A DNA stretch of 58,959 nt, the filler included, from Sphacelaria rigidula (Eukaryota): assembly GCA_964200075.2 (NCBI GenBank). It is 4 parts of 4 records of this genome, joined end to end, with 100 filler letters (N's around TTAATTAATTAA, not from the genome) between each part and the next. Parts side by side here need not be neighbours in the genome. Positions count along the whole stretch, not along the records: positions 1 to 14,667 come from CAXNAA020002108.1; positions 14,768 to 29,433 come from CAXNAA020002109.1; 2 more parts are not named here. One strand, written 5' to 3'. Below the pieces are notes generated by a model. The model did no database searches, had not been told where the DNA came from, and worked only from the letters and a program-made list of their open reading frames with translations. Shown one piece after another: positions 12,509-24,381 of the stretch (positions are counted from its first letter, which is position 1; the number at the start of each line of letters is the position of its first letter). The position numbers and the translations under genes are program-made.

Positions 12509-13128
12509 TTTCTCTCTCGCATAAGCGACCCCGTGCGTGTGTAAGTGCGCCGCTTCCTTTCGAAGGTATACCGTGCGCCTGCTTGATACTGTATTGACTT
12601 GGTTGTGCATATCATTTTTTGTTTCGCCCGCCCCCCCCGTTCCACGCCAACGGCTCCACTCTTCCGACCTGCTGCCTAATGGTGCCTGTCCATTTTGTCC
12701 CGCTTTCGCGTTCCTGATCATGAAGATCCGAAAAACCCGTAGTTTCGCACCTACCGATCCAACACACGTCGGGCAAATCATTGGCTGGCCAGAGCTGGCC
12801 CATCCTACTGAACAGAGGTCATAGTATATAGGTGCCGCGACCGAAAGTTGAGTTGAAAGTTGTTCAGATATCACGGGTATGAGACAACCGAACACTCTTT
12901 ATACACGACATCAAGCAACTAACGTGAACGTGTTTCTCTCTCGCGTAAGAGACCCCGTGTGTCAGGGTGCCGCTTCCTTTCGAAGGTATACCGTGCGCCT
13001 GCTTCATACTGTTTTGACTTGGTGCTTGTGAATATACGATCGACGTCCGTTGCATGTTATCCTCGTTGTTCCCCCTGCCCGCTCCCCCCGCCCGTTCTAC
13101 GCTCACGGTTCCACTCCCCCGACCTGTG
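12509..13128 (+). repeat. local direct duplication (~12509-12672 and ~12932-13128)
   Basis: Both contain GCCGCTTCCTTTCGAAGGTATACCGTGCGCCTGCTT and similar flanks. Confidence 0.85.
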
Positions 13129-13204
13129 TTCAATATATTTGATGTACAAACAGAAGCCAGAAACATGAGGAAGGAAATAGCGGAGTATTCGATTATTTTG
13201 GTGC

Positions 13205-13600
13205 CGGTCGCCCCGGTGGCTCAGTTGGTATCCTCGAAACCTTCTGACGGTTGGGTCGTGGGTTCAAATCTTGGAGTGATCTGGGATTTTTTCTCACACC
13301 ATGCCCAACATGCAGTGGAGAGCGGCTATGTCGTGTGTGCACCAAAGTGGGCTTAACGGTCGACGAGGGAAAAGGATTGTTGAACCCCTCTCGCGATGAA
13401 AAATAAAGGCAAGCACCGCAGAAGGAAGGTGGGGTAGTAAAAACAAACAAGATAAAATCTCCTGTGTTGACCTTCCTCCTGTGTGACCCCGGCTGGTGCG
13501 TCCACATATACCGAAAGGTGTAGACCGGCGTCGAGAATAGATAGGACGACAATACACACACATACACACATACACACATACACATACATACACACACGCG
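13205..13600 (+). mobile_element. tRNA-derived SINE family 1, full length, (AC)n tail
   Basis: Box A TGGCTCAGTTGG, box B GGTTCAAATC; body shared by four copies in the window; microsatellite tail. Confidence 0.85.
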
Positions 13601-13634
13601 CGCGCGCGCGCGCGAATACGCGGATCTCGCGACG

Positions 13635-14550
13635 GTGTAGATTATGGATCGTAGGCTATCGTGACATGGCCGTGCTCTACGCCCTACTCCTTCACTCGTC
13701 TCCCCATGCCCCTCACCTCCCCTCACCTGAGTTCCTACGTGTGGGTATATCATCTTCTCTCAAGTTACTGCAAGTAGGCAGTAAGCTGTTTGAGCACACA
13801 GCAAGGGGTTGTTGTTGCTGCAGGGTCATCTGATCAACACAATCATTTGTACGCTCACGTTAAAGTTCGAACTTGGATCGTTGTTCTGAGATGGCTGATC
13901 AAGACAGTGCATTGGAAGAATTGAGGGCGCTGCCCGAGGTGCTAACAAGGACCTTGGTACAAAGGCTGTCACGCGTCGAGGTTGCCTAAGAAAGTAGAGG
14001 CGGACAAACGGAAAGGTCCGTCAGAGGAGGTCACCCATCGTATCCCGATGTTACTACGGGCGTGGAGCGGGCAGGGTCTGCTTCCGGCGGTAGAGGTGGA
14101 ATCACCACCGATATAACCTACTGCCATAGCTGTCGGCGAGGTTAGGATTGCAGGAGGTAGCACTTTCGCATCGAGTCCTAGGGAAATACGCAGCATCAAA
14201 GAGGCTGTTCCCAAGTTAGGAGGAAGTGTTGATTTTCCTTTATGCAGAAGGCGATTTGAAGCTTTCGCGTGTCCAACGATTGTAGGCAGGCCTTCAGTAC
14301 GACTTTTGATATCCCGTTTAGGTGATCCCTCAGTTAGTTCATTGTTTAGGTTGACCAAAGTTTTAGTGAGATAAGCATAAGACGAGCACGTATCGCTCGG
14401 ACGTGTTGGACAGAGAGTATCACAGACCGTGAAATACTGAGTAGGATGTTTGACACAAACTCCCCGAGTGCAGGCTGGCGCTTTTTATGTAACTGGTTTC
14501 TCCCGAAACTTTCTCTCGTGAAAATCGAAGTGGGTACAAGTCAAGAATAT
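13635..14550 (+). mobile_element. truncated, degenerate Ty1/Copia-like element (LTR remnant + gag)
   Basis: Broken frame REIRSIKEAVPKLGGSVDFPLCRRRFEAFA...ARIART..ESITDREILSRMFDTNSPSAGW resembles Copia gag; cut by a DNA-element end at ~14555. Confidence 0.6.
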
Positions 14551-15306
14551 ATCTCGGGACACGTAGGCCCCAAGATAAAAAATTCGAGGTTTTGAGGAAG
14601 GGGGGAGGGGGCGTGGGGGGGGGTAAGGGGGGGGGACACCCAGCCTGCTGTCCCCTAGTTGATAGATNNNNNNNNNNNNNNNNNNNNNNNNNNNNNNNNN
14701 NNNNNNNNNNNTTAATTAATTAANNNNNNNNNNNNNNNNNNNNNNNNNNNNNNNNNNNNNNNNNNNNTTAAAGCGAATGATCAAAGCCACTCTCAGTCGT
14801 AGCATCTACTCTCAATCTCACGAAAACACTGTTCAATCTACAAACGCCTGCATGGTCCCTATTGGCAGACTACTGTACAACATGAAACACACAAACCCAT
14901 TTTTTTTTCGCCACCCGACGAAAAGTACCCCCGCACATTTGTTTTCGCCAACGACGCAAACTATGTGCCCACTTAATTTGTTTGCGGCAAGTCGAAAATT
15001 GTCCCTCAGATAATCTGCGCTGCACGAGATTAGGGGTGAATGTGCACACACGCTTTTTTGTACCCTGATCTGCAGACCCTTGGACAGGATAGGAGTAGAA
15101 ATACAGTACCTTGACCTGCACGCTTTTTTAAAATATATATTTTTCCAAATTCCCGTCTATTAAACGGTCCCGCAGAACAAGAATTTCAATTTCAAGAAGG
15201 TGGCCTTTTGCACCTCTTCGAATCATACGAATTCGGAGAGAAAATAAGAAGCGAGTATCGCCCGAAATAGTTTATTTAAAGCGATATATGATATTATTAT
15301 TATGAA

Positions 15307-15408
15307 CCCCTTGGCCGCGGGGGTAGTTCATCTGTATCATGCATACTTTTTTCAAGAGAAATAAAAGCCGATTCAACAGATAGATTGTCCATGCTCGCCA
15401 TCAAAGGG
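15307..15408. mobile_element. ~100-bp piggyBac-like MITE (family A)
   Basis: CCCCTT...AAAGGG termini, TGAA/TTAA flanks, internal TTTTCAAG(A/T)GAAAT shared with 21476 and 37442. Confidence 0.65.
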
Positions 15409-15484
15409 TTAACCTTTGTTGTGTTCTGACCAATTTCCACCACAGTCTGGGACTTCGCGAAATCAGGTTTTAACAGGCTATTTT

Positions 15485-15962
15485 ATCATCGAAATTGAGG
15501 ATGGAGTTTTTCATTGAGGGTGAGAACCCGGAAAATAAAGTCTCCATGTCCGGAAATAATAATAATAATAATATAATAATAATGTCCACACCAAATCTTC
15601 GAAATATGGTTCCGTTCCTCCACCTACTGGTGGCTATTAACACGTACTATTAATATCCACGTCATACAAATTTGGAATTCAATAACCGAAATGTCGGGTT
15701 CCTAGATGAAGAGACATTTTTGGGGAATTTGGGTAATACGGTCGCATCGATGAAATGTTCCGAAACTGTTTCATTACTAGAACCCCAACATTTCGATTAT
15801 CGAAATCCAAATTTGTATGACGTGCATATTAATAGTACGTGTTAATAGCTACCAGTAGATGGAGGAACGGAACCATATTCCGAAGATTTGGTGTGGATAC
15901 GAAGATTTCAATCCTCCGGGTTCTCATCCTCAATTAAAAGTTCCATCCCCACTTTCGATGAT
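15485..15962. mobile_element. foldback/MITE with ~200-bp inverted arms
   Basis: 15584-15705 mirrors 15777-15898, and 15485-15533 mirrors 15914-15962; an (AAT)n expansion is present in the left arm only. Confidence 0.85.
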
Positions 15963-16806
15963 CGGCTGTTTTTTGTAGGCTCGCGGGAAAAGCCGCCCAG
16001 ATCAAGTTAGATGTACCTGTCGCGTTTTTCGCCAGCAACAACAGGTGTGTGCGGCGGTTTCGGCCATTCATGGGGTGAAATTTCCCCGACTTGAGCTATT
16101 CGTATACCATGTGCCTGGGCATGGCGGGAATACGTCCAGGTACTGTATCCCTGAATCTGGTGTTTGCCCATCCACTTATTCTTGTGCCACACGGCATGAT
16201 CACGCAGTTGGGAGAAGTTGGGCAGAACAAGGGGCGACTGGTTCTTGGGTGGAATGTACAGAGTACTGTCAGAATACAGACGCTACATGGATTACTGCGG
16301 TCGACTGCTGCCCATGTTGTTTTTATGCCAGCTGTATCCCAGCTGGTAACTGATACTTAATACTCCGGACTAGAAAGAATCAATGCATGAAGGTAGTACA
16401 TTCATTTTAAAAGAAGACCCGCGCCACATCAAGACAAGCAAGACCATGTGCCGCTTATTCTAGTCAGGGGTTAAAGCCATTCCCTCGCCTATATGCAGCA
16501 TAGGGCAGTTTGGGTGATGATGTGAGTTAAACAACGTGCGTTTGTGGAAGGTCTCCTGTATTACTCCGCAGCTTGATGACATAAACAGACAAATACCAGG
16601 AGACCATGCATACATAACGAGACACGAGCCCCTGTACGAGACCTGCACATGCATACGGTCAACATGCACCCCGTATGGTTACGCTTTCCTACATGGGTAG
16701 TGTATTGTGACTTCTTCGAGAAACGTCATCTACCATCCTAACCTTACCATGTGCTACATTGCGCTGTTCTACTGGTGTCGTAAATGTGTTCCGTTTCGCA
16801 CTGTAC

Positions 16807-17053
16807 CTCGTGACACAAAAAGTGGCGGCAGATCCGTTTCGGGATTGGTCTTGTGTATGTCACGGATGATCTCGTGGGTAGCCAGCCCCCCCGAGTTAAA
16901 ACAGAGGCTTCCTTGATACAGAGGGACTCGAAGCACACGCAACACTCGCCATGGTCAATCGCAACCGTCAACTCAACCGGATTTGCCGCCATCGTCTGGG
17001 GCGCCCTCTGGGATCCTGAGTTTGAAGCAGACTGGTACTGGGTAGCCGTGGAT
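16807..17053 (-). CDS. exon of a RING-HC zinc-finger protein (putative E3 ligase); rest of gene not resolved
   Basis: ...MAANPVELTVAIDHGECCVCFESLCIKEASVLTR...KRICRHFLCHE gives C-x2-C...C-x-H-x2-C; donor GAG|GTACAG falls where the next Cys is expected; pyrimidine tract + TGCAG acceptor at 17054; ATG at 16992 could instead be the start. Confidence 0.65.
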
Positions 17054-17324
17054 CTGCAGTGATTACGGAGAATGACAAAAGCAAAGCTTCGAACCTTGCG
17101 GGGCCTTCAACCTCTTGAACGTCACCTGTTCGCCCGTGACGTCGCCAACATTGATTGATTGATTGATTGATTGATTATCTTACATTAGCTGATTGCAGCA
17201 ATCCAGCCCGTGGTCAGGAGCACCAAAAATAGAACAGAATAATAAAAAATACAAAAAATGAAAGAAAGGAACAGAAAAACGACAGAAGCAACGGCCTCAG
17301 AAAGGAAAGAAAAGGGGCAGCGAT

Positions 17325-17379
17325 AACAACAAAAAACACCACCACCACCACCACCACCACCACCACCACCAACACCAAC

Positions 17380-17411
<32 letters not shown>

Positions 17412-17510
17412 GGAACAAACAACAACAGGAACAAACAACAACTGTTACAGCAGTAACAACAAAGTAACGACAAACACAAACACAAACACAAGCACGAACA
17501 AAGACAAACA
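17325..17510. repeat. (CAC)n/(AAC)n microsatellite tract
   Basis: Direct reading of the sequence. Confidence 0.95.
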
Positions 17511-17553
17511 AATATTATGATCGCGCATTACGTAGTAGTAGCTGATTATGCGG

Positions 17554-17853
17554 AAGAATGTTTTCGTGAGATAGAGAGTAGAGGATACGATTCAGAGTGA
17601 AAAACGGTCAACTACTGAATGAATCGTTTCGGTTCCGAAATGTCCCTCCGCGAGGCCCGATATGCTTTCTGTAGTAGCTTGCCACTAAGGCCCTTGATAT
17701 CCCTGAGAAGGATATCGACGTGTAGCTGTAAGCACACGCTAGTGATAAAGGTGAAGAAAAACACAGACAGAATGACGAAATGGCCAAGTTAGATCGAATG
17801 ACCGAAGCCACTCTCAATTAGCGCTCTACTCTTAATCTCACGAAAACGTTGTT
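17554..17853. mobile_element. ~300-bp MITE (family B)
   Basis: TIR AATGTTTTCGTGAGATAGAGAGTAGAG / CTCTACTCTTAATCTCACGAAAACGTT; inverted copy at 32404-32703; end fragments at ~14770-14833 and ~22700-22748. Confidence 0.85.
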
Positions 17854-18951
17854 ACATGTAGTACCTTTTCATCTATCTTGATTGAGTACCGTGCACCCTC
17901 ATGTGCCCAAATTCTTAGACGCTTGAGAGTGTTGGTCTACACTTTTTGTGGTGCGGGAGAAGGTATGGATGAGGCACTCTCGCCTCTTGTCATAGAATGC
18001 GAGTGCTTCAACCATGAGAGGCATATATAATGTGATGGGGAGATACAGCGGCTAAACTACCGTTTCTAGATGCAGACCGACGGGTACCAGAGTTGTATAT
18101 ATCTGGCGAATATTTCAGCGGCATATGGATCAACAACGGCCCAGCTGTTGGGTTGATACTTGCGTCGCCGGTCGCTATCGAATTGGATGACGTGGATGTA
18201 TCGGTAGATATGTACGTAAGCTCGTTGAAGTTGAGCCTAGATGATTTGAGTTAATTCAGTTGTTTTGAGTTATGACTTGAGGCAAGTTATGTTTTGGGAT
18301 TGGGCATGATGGGTTCCCTGCAGGGAAGCCCCATGTTCCCACTCTCTCACCGCCCCAAGGCCTCAGCAGTGTAGTAAACGATTAATCAGCACTTCGACAG
18401 CGTCTGATAGACTCCAACTATCCCCTTTCTGCGGAGACTCAGCCTCAGGATCAAAGAGACTATACGTGAGTCTGCCCTGGGTGTACTATATAGATTTTGT
18501 TCTGCTCACTTTTTCTGTTTGTACACATATCTTTTGTTGCTCCGCCAGCTGAGCATACAAACAACTGTAGCAAGCCATCACAATTCAAAAGTCATTGATC
18601 CTTTGGACATCCGTCATCACCACCCTGTGCCAAGCAGCTACGGTGACAATCCTCTTATCATTTGACACGTTGACCCTTAGAGCAGTGGACCGGATGAAGT
18701 TTTCGTATACAAGGGTTGACAGGGATGACTACTCGATTTTAGAGTTGATATGGTTCCGAACAAAATGGTTTGGGGCAGGTGAGCAGTGGACCCAGCTCGT
18801 CCAGAACGTGTTTTTGTCGAAGTCGGAGCCTGCCGCGACGGTTCAAAGTCTGCTAACGCACACTTTGCCTAGGGGAAATTATGCACCATCCTCGTCCGAG
18901 GGTCTCGTGCGCCTTGGATCGGGGTTAGGGTTAGGGTTAGTGTTAGTGTTA

Positions 18952-19061
18952 CACGGGTGGCCACTGGGGTGCCTGCAACCTCGAATTGGGACGTTACAGA
19001 CGTTGCACAAGGTCTTTAACGTCAAACTTTGAGGTTGCAGGCACCCCAGTGGCCATCCGTG
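18952..19061. mobile_element. 110-bp palindromic MITE with CAC termini
   Basis: CACGGGTGGCCACTGGGGTGCCTGCAACCTC / GAGGTTGCAGGCACCCCAGTGGCCATCCGTG, TA on both flanks. Confidence 0.9.
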
Positions 19062-19221
19062 TAGTCTATAACATTCAATGATATTCCCCATCAACCATTA
19101 TCTACGAACATTTATTCAAGTCTTTTTTCGATAGACCGCGAGGGTAGATCACCTGCTCAATCGGCATCAATTTTCACTTGAAAAAAGTATGCGTGATCCA
19201 GATGGACTACCCGCACCGCGG

Positions 19222-19481
19222 CGGTCGCCCCGGTGGATCAGTTGGAAACCTCGGAATCTCCAGACGGTTGGGTCGTGGGTTCAACTCTCGTAGCGATCTG
19301 GGATTTTTTCTCACACCATGGCCAGTAGTATATAGCGACTATGTCGTGGGTACACAGAATTCGACTTGATGGTCGACGAGGGAGAAGGACCGCTCAACCC
19401 GTCTCGCGATAAAAAAAGAAAGTCAAGCACCGTAGAAGTAAAATGGAGTACTAAAAACAAATGGGACGACAACACACACAC
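19222..19481 (+). mobile_element. SINE family 1, short subtype
   Basis: Box A/B head, (AC)n tail, lacks the ~80-bp stem-loop block. Confidence 0.85.
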
Positions 19482-19596
19482 CCGGATCACGGGTTAGATC
19501 GCGAGGGTAGGTGACCTACTGAATCGGCATCAATATTCACTTGAAAAAAGGATGCATGGTCGGCCTTGGTAGACCCCAAATCGGCACCTGTGCAGT

Positions 19597-19918
19597 AGAG
19601 TTTACCAGCATCGGGCTACATTTTAGAATGGTTGATATTTCTCGAATTGAATGTGAGCCACGAGAAGCGGAATTGATTGGGACTGTCAGTCCCGTGTGCT
19701 CCTCGTGTGCGTACAAAACTCGTGTCTCGTTACATTCGGCGCCACAGGCGCCGGTTTGGGGTCTACCAAGGCCGCACTTTGCCTAGGGAACATGCATTCC
19801 GCCCTTGCCCGAGGGTTTTCGTTGTGCGTTGGGTCGGGGTTAGAGTGAAGGGTAAGGGTAGCGATACAAGTAAAATTGTGTCGACCATTCTAAAACGTAG
19901 CCCAACGATCGTTAACTA
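19597..19918 (+). mobile_element. telomere-tract MITE group copy
   Basis: TIR GGGCTACATTTTAGAATGGTTGA / TCGACCATTCTAAAACGTAGCCC around the shared core. Confidence 0.8.
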
Positions 19919-20644
19919 CGGATTCCGCACGGAAGCCCTACAGCATCCGTCCGTTGTTGTTTGAAAGAAATAAGGAACGTGTCACACCGAGGGTGCGCCC
20001 TCTGTTTCTTCGGCACAATTTTCACTTGAAAAATGCCCACCCTCGTGGTCAAATAAATGAGGGTCAAATTGCACAGCTGGCGGCAGGAAGGGATCACGCT
20101 TCTCGGGGCTTTGATGGAACCTGATCCTTCAGGAATTATCATGGAGAAAAAGATGAACGCAGCGGGATGATGGAGAATAAGACGACTGCGCTGTACTGTT
20201 GTTTTATCTGGGCTCCCGTGTACATACAGTACAGTACTACACTGTCATGTGTACCGTCCTGTCTGCAGGCCATAACTCACTTTGCTGCAGAGATGGCACG
20301 GTGGACATCATGGCTTCACCGATAGGCTTAGCGCAACTGAGAGAGAGTAGAATATATAATGTAGTCGCCATGATGTTGTCTGTTCCAGTACACACCACTC
20401 TCTCTAGCTTGGGTTTTCTGTGCTTCTCTGGGTACAAAAAGCAGCACCTCTTTTTCGTTCATCGTCTGTCGGTGTGTGTTATACATAGATGGAGAATGGA
20501 GATGGGCGAGCAGAGAATTTTGAGCTTTGAAATAATCAACACAGAGCACTCTTTCTTTTTCGAGCTGGCAGCGGGAAGTCCAGTAGACTCGACCGTGCGA
20601 CGAGTAGTGAGAGATGAGAGAGAGTGCGACATCATGTTACTGTT

Positions 20645-20754
20645 CACAGGTGGCCACTGGGATGCCTGTAACCTCAAATTTGGACGTTACATACCTCGTG
20701 TAACGTATGTAACGTCCAAATTTGAGATTGCAGGCACTCCAGTGGCCACCCGTG
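20645..20754. mobile_element. second copy of the 110-bp CAC-MITE
   Basis: Same TIRs as 18952-19061; TT on both flanks. Confidence 0.9.
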
Positions 20755-21475
20755 TTGTACTACTACTGTACTCTGCGTTGGTTGTGCTGGCTCGGATTGA
20801 AATAGTTTGACCCAAGTTGCACCACGGTCAGGGTCGTGGTCATGCGGCGCTGATGAGCCGCACGTGTTTTTGCCATTATCCCAGGGTGCACATGAAGATT
20901 GATCGTGCACCGGGGTGCACATATAACTTTTCTGGGTTGACTAGCATCCGTCTATCGGCCGTCTCCTTGATAATCAAAAGTGACATCCCAGCCTATGTTC
21001 CCAATGGTTGTTGCAAGGCTTTTGTCACCTGATTACGAATCTTCTACGTGCACTAGTTCGAACTAGAGATTTTGAAATCGTCAAAGTGACTGTAGTACCG
21101 ATTGTTCGAACAAATCAACCATACTCTATCGGCAGCCATCCAATAGGTGAAATCGTGAAACCACCATGTCATCAAAAAGTTACTCCGATTATGATATACA
21201 AAGAGAGGGTACCCTACCGGTCGGGTACCTTTCCCAAGAATTGGGTGCTCACCATCGTCACTTTTTCCCTTTAATATAATAAAGGTTTGCGCTCCGGACC
21301 CCAAGGATTAGGTTTTTATTGGTTCCGAATATTTTCCGATTGATTGTTGGGCTATATATTATGAAATGGTTGCACATACAAACGACATGCTGTTGCCAGG
21401 TGGCTGGTGCAGGTGGACGATGACAGTTAATTTTTTCGAATTTCAGATCCAGGCAAGTTTCGAGCCGGAAATTGA

Positions 21476-21572
21476 CCCTTAGACGACGAGAGTAGGTCAT
21501 CGGTTGGATTGGCATCAACTTCACTTGAAAACGGTATGCGTGATTCAGATGGACTACCCTCGCGGTCTAGGG
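21476..21572. mobile_element. piggyBac-like MITE family A
   Basis: TTGA-CCCTTAGAC...GTCTAGGG-TTAA. Confidence 0.75.
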
Positions 21573-21576
21573 TTAA

Positions 21577-22618
21577 CCCTTAGCCCGTGATTCGGGGGGG
21601 TGTGTTGTCATTCCATTTGTTTTTGGTACTCCATCTTCCTTCTGCGGCGCTTGCCTTTCCTTCTTTATCGCGAGACGGGTTGAGCGGTCCTTCTCCCTCG
21701 TCGACCATCAAGTCGAATTATGTGTACCCACGATATAGTCGCTATCCACTGTTGGGCATGGTGTGAGAAAAAATCCCAGATCGCTACGAGATTTGAACCC
21801 ACGTCCCATTCGCTGGAAGGTTCCGAGGTTACCAGCTGAGCCACCGGGGCGACCGGTACGATTCGGGTAGTCCATTTGCATAACGCATACTTTTTTCAAG
21901 TGAAAATTGATGCCGATTCAGCAGGTGACCTACCCTTGCGGTCTATCGAAAAAGACCTGAATAAATGTTCGTAGATAATGGTTGATGGGGAACATCATTG
22001 GATGTTGTAGACTATACAGCCGCGCCCCGGTGGTGTAATGGTCCGACTGTCGCCATTGGGGTGGAGAGAACGGGGGTTCGATTCCCGATGCATTGGGTTT
22101 TTCCTTCGTAATGCATGATTTTCGCCGTGGAAAGCGTGAGAACGTGAGTAAACAAAACAGTCGACTGGGTTTGTGTGATGTGAGCTGACGCGGTGCGGGA
22201 GTGCTGACCCAGTCCGCGAGACCAAAATGAAAGGCGCGTACCGGGGGAGAGATGGGTTGATCCCTTGAGACCACGAACTCATCCCGAGGAAGGGGAGGTG
22301 TTCAAAGTGTGAGGAAGAAAGAAAAAAAAGACTAACACTAACACTAACCCTACCCCCAACCCTAACCCCGACCCAGGGCGCAAGAGACCCTCGGGCGAGG
22401 AGAGGGTGCATAGTTTCCCCTAGGCAATGTGTGCGTTGGCAGAAATCGAATCGTCGCGGCAGGCTCCGACTTCTACAGAAACACGTTCTGGACGAGCTGG
22501 ATCCACTGCTCACCTGCCTCAAACATTTTTTTCTAGAACTTTGTCAACTCTAAAATCGAGTAGTTATCCCTGTCAACCATTGTATACGAACATTTCATCA
22601 GGCCTACTGCTTGAAGGG
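21577..22618 (-). mobile_element. nested composite element, copy 2 (inverted)
   Basis: TTAA-CCCT...AGGG-TCAA; contains SINE 1 (21597-21855, minus, CCCGAATC duplication), the telomere-tract MITE and SINE 2. Confidence 0.8.
22015..22328 (+). mobile_element. tRNA-derived SINE family 2
   Basis: Box A TGGTGTAATGG, box B GGTTCGATTCC, A-rich tail, AGACTA duplicated at 22009-22014 and 22329-22334. Confidence 0.8.
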
Positions 22619-22758
22619 TCAACGGGCCTCTCATTATGCTAGAAGCCAACGTGTCGTGTTACAAATAAAAAGGTGAACGTCACGCCGGTCGAAAACAAAT
22701 GCCACTCTCAATTGGATCTTCAACTCTCAATTTTACGAAAATATTGTTTGCTGTGGAA

Positions 22759-22866
22759 ATATGGAATTTTTACAGCCTCTACTGTTCGAAATAAATCCTA
22801 ATTACAAATTTGGAATCGGGCAAGAAGGATTTATTTCGAACAGCAGAGGCTGTAAAAATCCCATAT
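22759..22866. repeat. short palindrome/MITE with ~41-bp arms
   Basis: TTTTACAGCCTCTACTGTTCGAAATAAATCCT / AGGATTTATTTCGAACAGCAGAGGCTGTAAAA. Confidence 0.85.
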
Positions 22867-23989
22867 ACACTCGCAGATGGGGTTTGTACACGAGAAGCTG
22901 TTCGAACTAAATCCTCACTTCGCCCGTCAATACCTGAAATTGGGCAAAAAAAACTTATTCGCGAGCAGCTTCTGCTGTTCAGGTCCAACGTACTGCAGAC
23001 AGCAGAAATTATTGAAAACTCGTCCTCTTGCCCCCAATTCATATATCAAATGGGCACGAGAATCGAACTCTACAACTGCCTCGGCTGGGTACAAATCCCA
23101 TACACTGATTGCGAGTGTATGTCCACATGGCCGCGCTGTACAGGTTTGGGCTGGTGGTGATGGTGCAGAACCTGCATGAACCTCTGACATCTATACATAC
23201 AGGTTCTGAAACCCCGTAGTCCCGAGTCTACCATATCAATACCAAAGCTTTTTTTAGATTGAACACGCAAAACATTATGATCGTGGTTTATTCTGTACGT
23301 TGATGACGACATCACCATCAAAACAATAAGCACGGTATGGTGCTGTACTCAATTGTACAATACCATGCAGGACAGTACCATATCGTATACGTGCGGTGCA
23401 ATATACTGCAGAGTTAGCGCGGCATATACGCCACGTATGGCTAAAAAAAGTGGATGCCTGTAACTTTGGGTGCATGAGGGTGTTATATACCATCAGCTAC
23501 TGAGTATACAGCAAGATGCCCGTTCTTACAGCATGCTCACCACTGCAGTCAGTAGGGCGTGAAGGGGAAGCGGGCAAAGTACAGTACGGACAGCGCAGGA
23601 CTATATGTATGTTTTCTGCTGACAGTGCGACGTGAAAAGGACTTGAACAGTGTGCGCAGCTTTGTCTGCCTGCACTGTCCATGGGTGTGTATGCAATAAG
23701 CCGCCGGTTATTGCCCGCACCCTACGCCGCATGGGTCCAGCACCGCTTGACTCGGCGACCGTGGAAGAAGATGCTCAAGTTTAAATTTCCACCAAGACGT
23801 ACATCATACCCAACTACGGCAGTGTGTATCTATATCCCTGCACCCAACTCGTGCTCTTTGCTGCAGGATTTTTGTGGTGGTGTTATAGCTGGGAATAATT
23901 GTTGTCGGGTTGCAATTAAATATGTGAACGGCGGGTGATGCATATATATCCGGCGCGATGGTCCATACAATCAGATTGCCGGGGTCCCA

Positions 23990-24381
23990 AATGTGCCCTG
24001 GAAGCAGTTAGGACACAAGTGCACAAGTGTAAATGTACACGCTGGAGGATACTGCATGGCTATGTCCTCTGGAGTCGCAACGAATGCCTTAGAGGCCATA
24101 GTCGGTCCCTCCTCCAGAGGAATGATGCTCATATTTCCCTCTGCTGTTCATATTTCCCTCTAAGGGATGTTCACGAAAATCACGTGCTCCAGAGCAGGAT
24201 ATTTTTGGTACTCTGGAGGGATTCAGACCTCAGAAGTCACTGGAGCATCGGATGCTCTCCAGAGGATTCGTTTTATGACCGGAACTGACTATGAGATACT
24301 CCTCCGGAGGGTGACTTCACCCTCGAGAGAATGAAAATCGTCATGAAGGATTTCAAGGGGGTAGCCGAATGGTCGCGTGTG
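23990..24381. mobile_element. partial copy of the CACAC-terminated element seen at 50274-50674
   Basis: Shares CTCAGAAGTCACTGGAGCATCGGATGC...TATGACCGGAACTGA and the right TIR GGGGGTAGCCGAATGG(T/C)CGCGTGTG. Confidence 0.8.

Larger units (their letters stand above)
18674..19497 (+). mobile_element. nested composite element, copy 1 (piggyBac-like MITE containing a telomere-tract MITE, a CAC-MITE and SINE 1)
   Basis: Colinear with the reverse complement of 21577-22618; begins TTGA-CCCTTAGA. Confidence 0.8.

Noticed and set aside
13205..22100. tRNA genes at 13205, 19222, 21855 and 22020
   Set aside because: Box A/B present but no complete cloverleaf; each continues into a SINE body and tail
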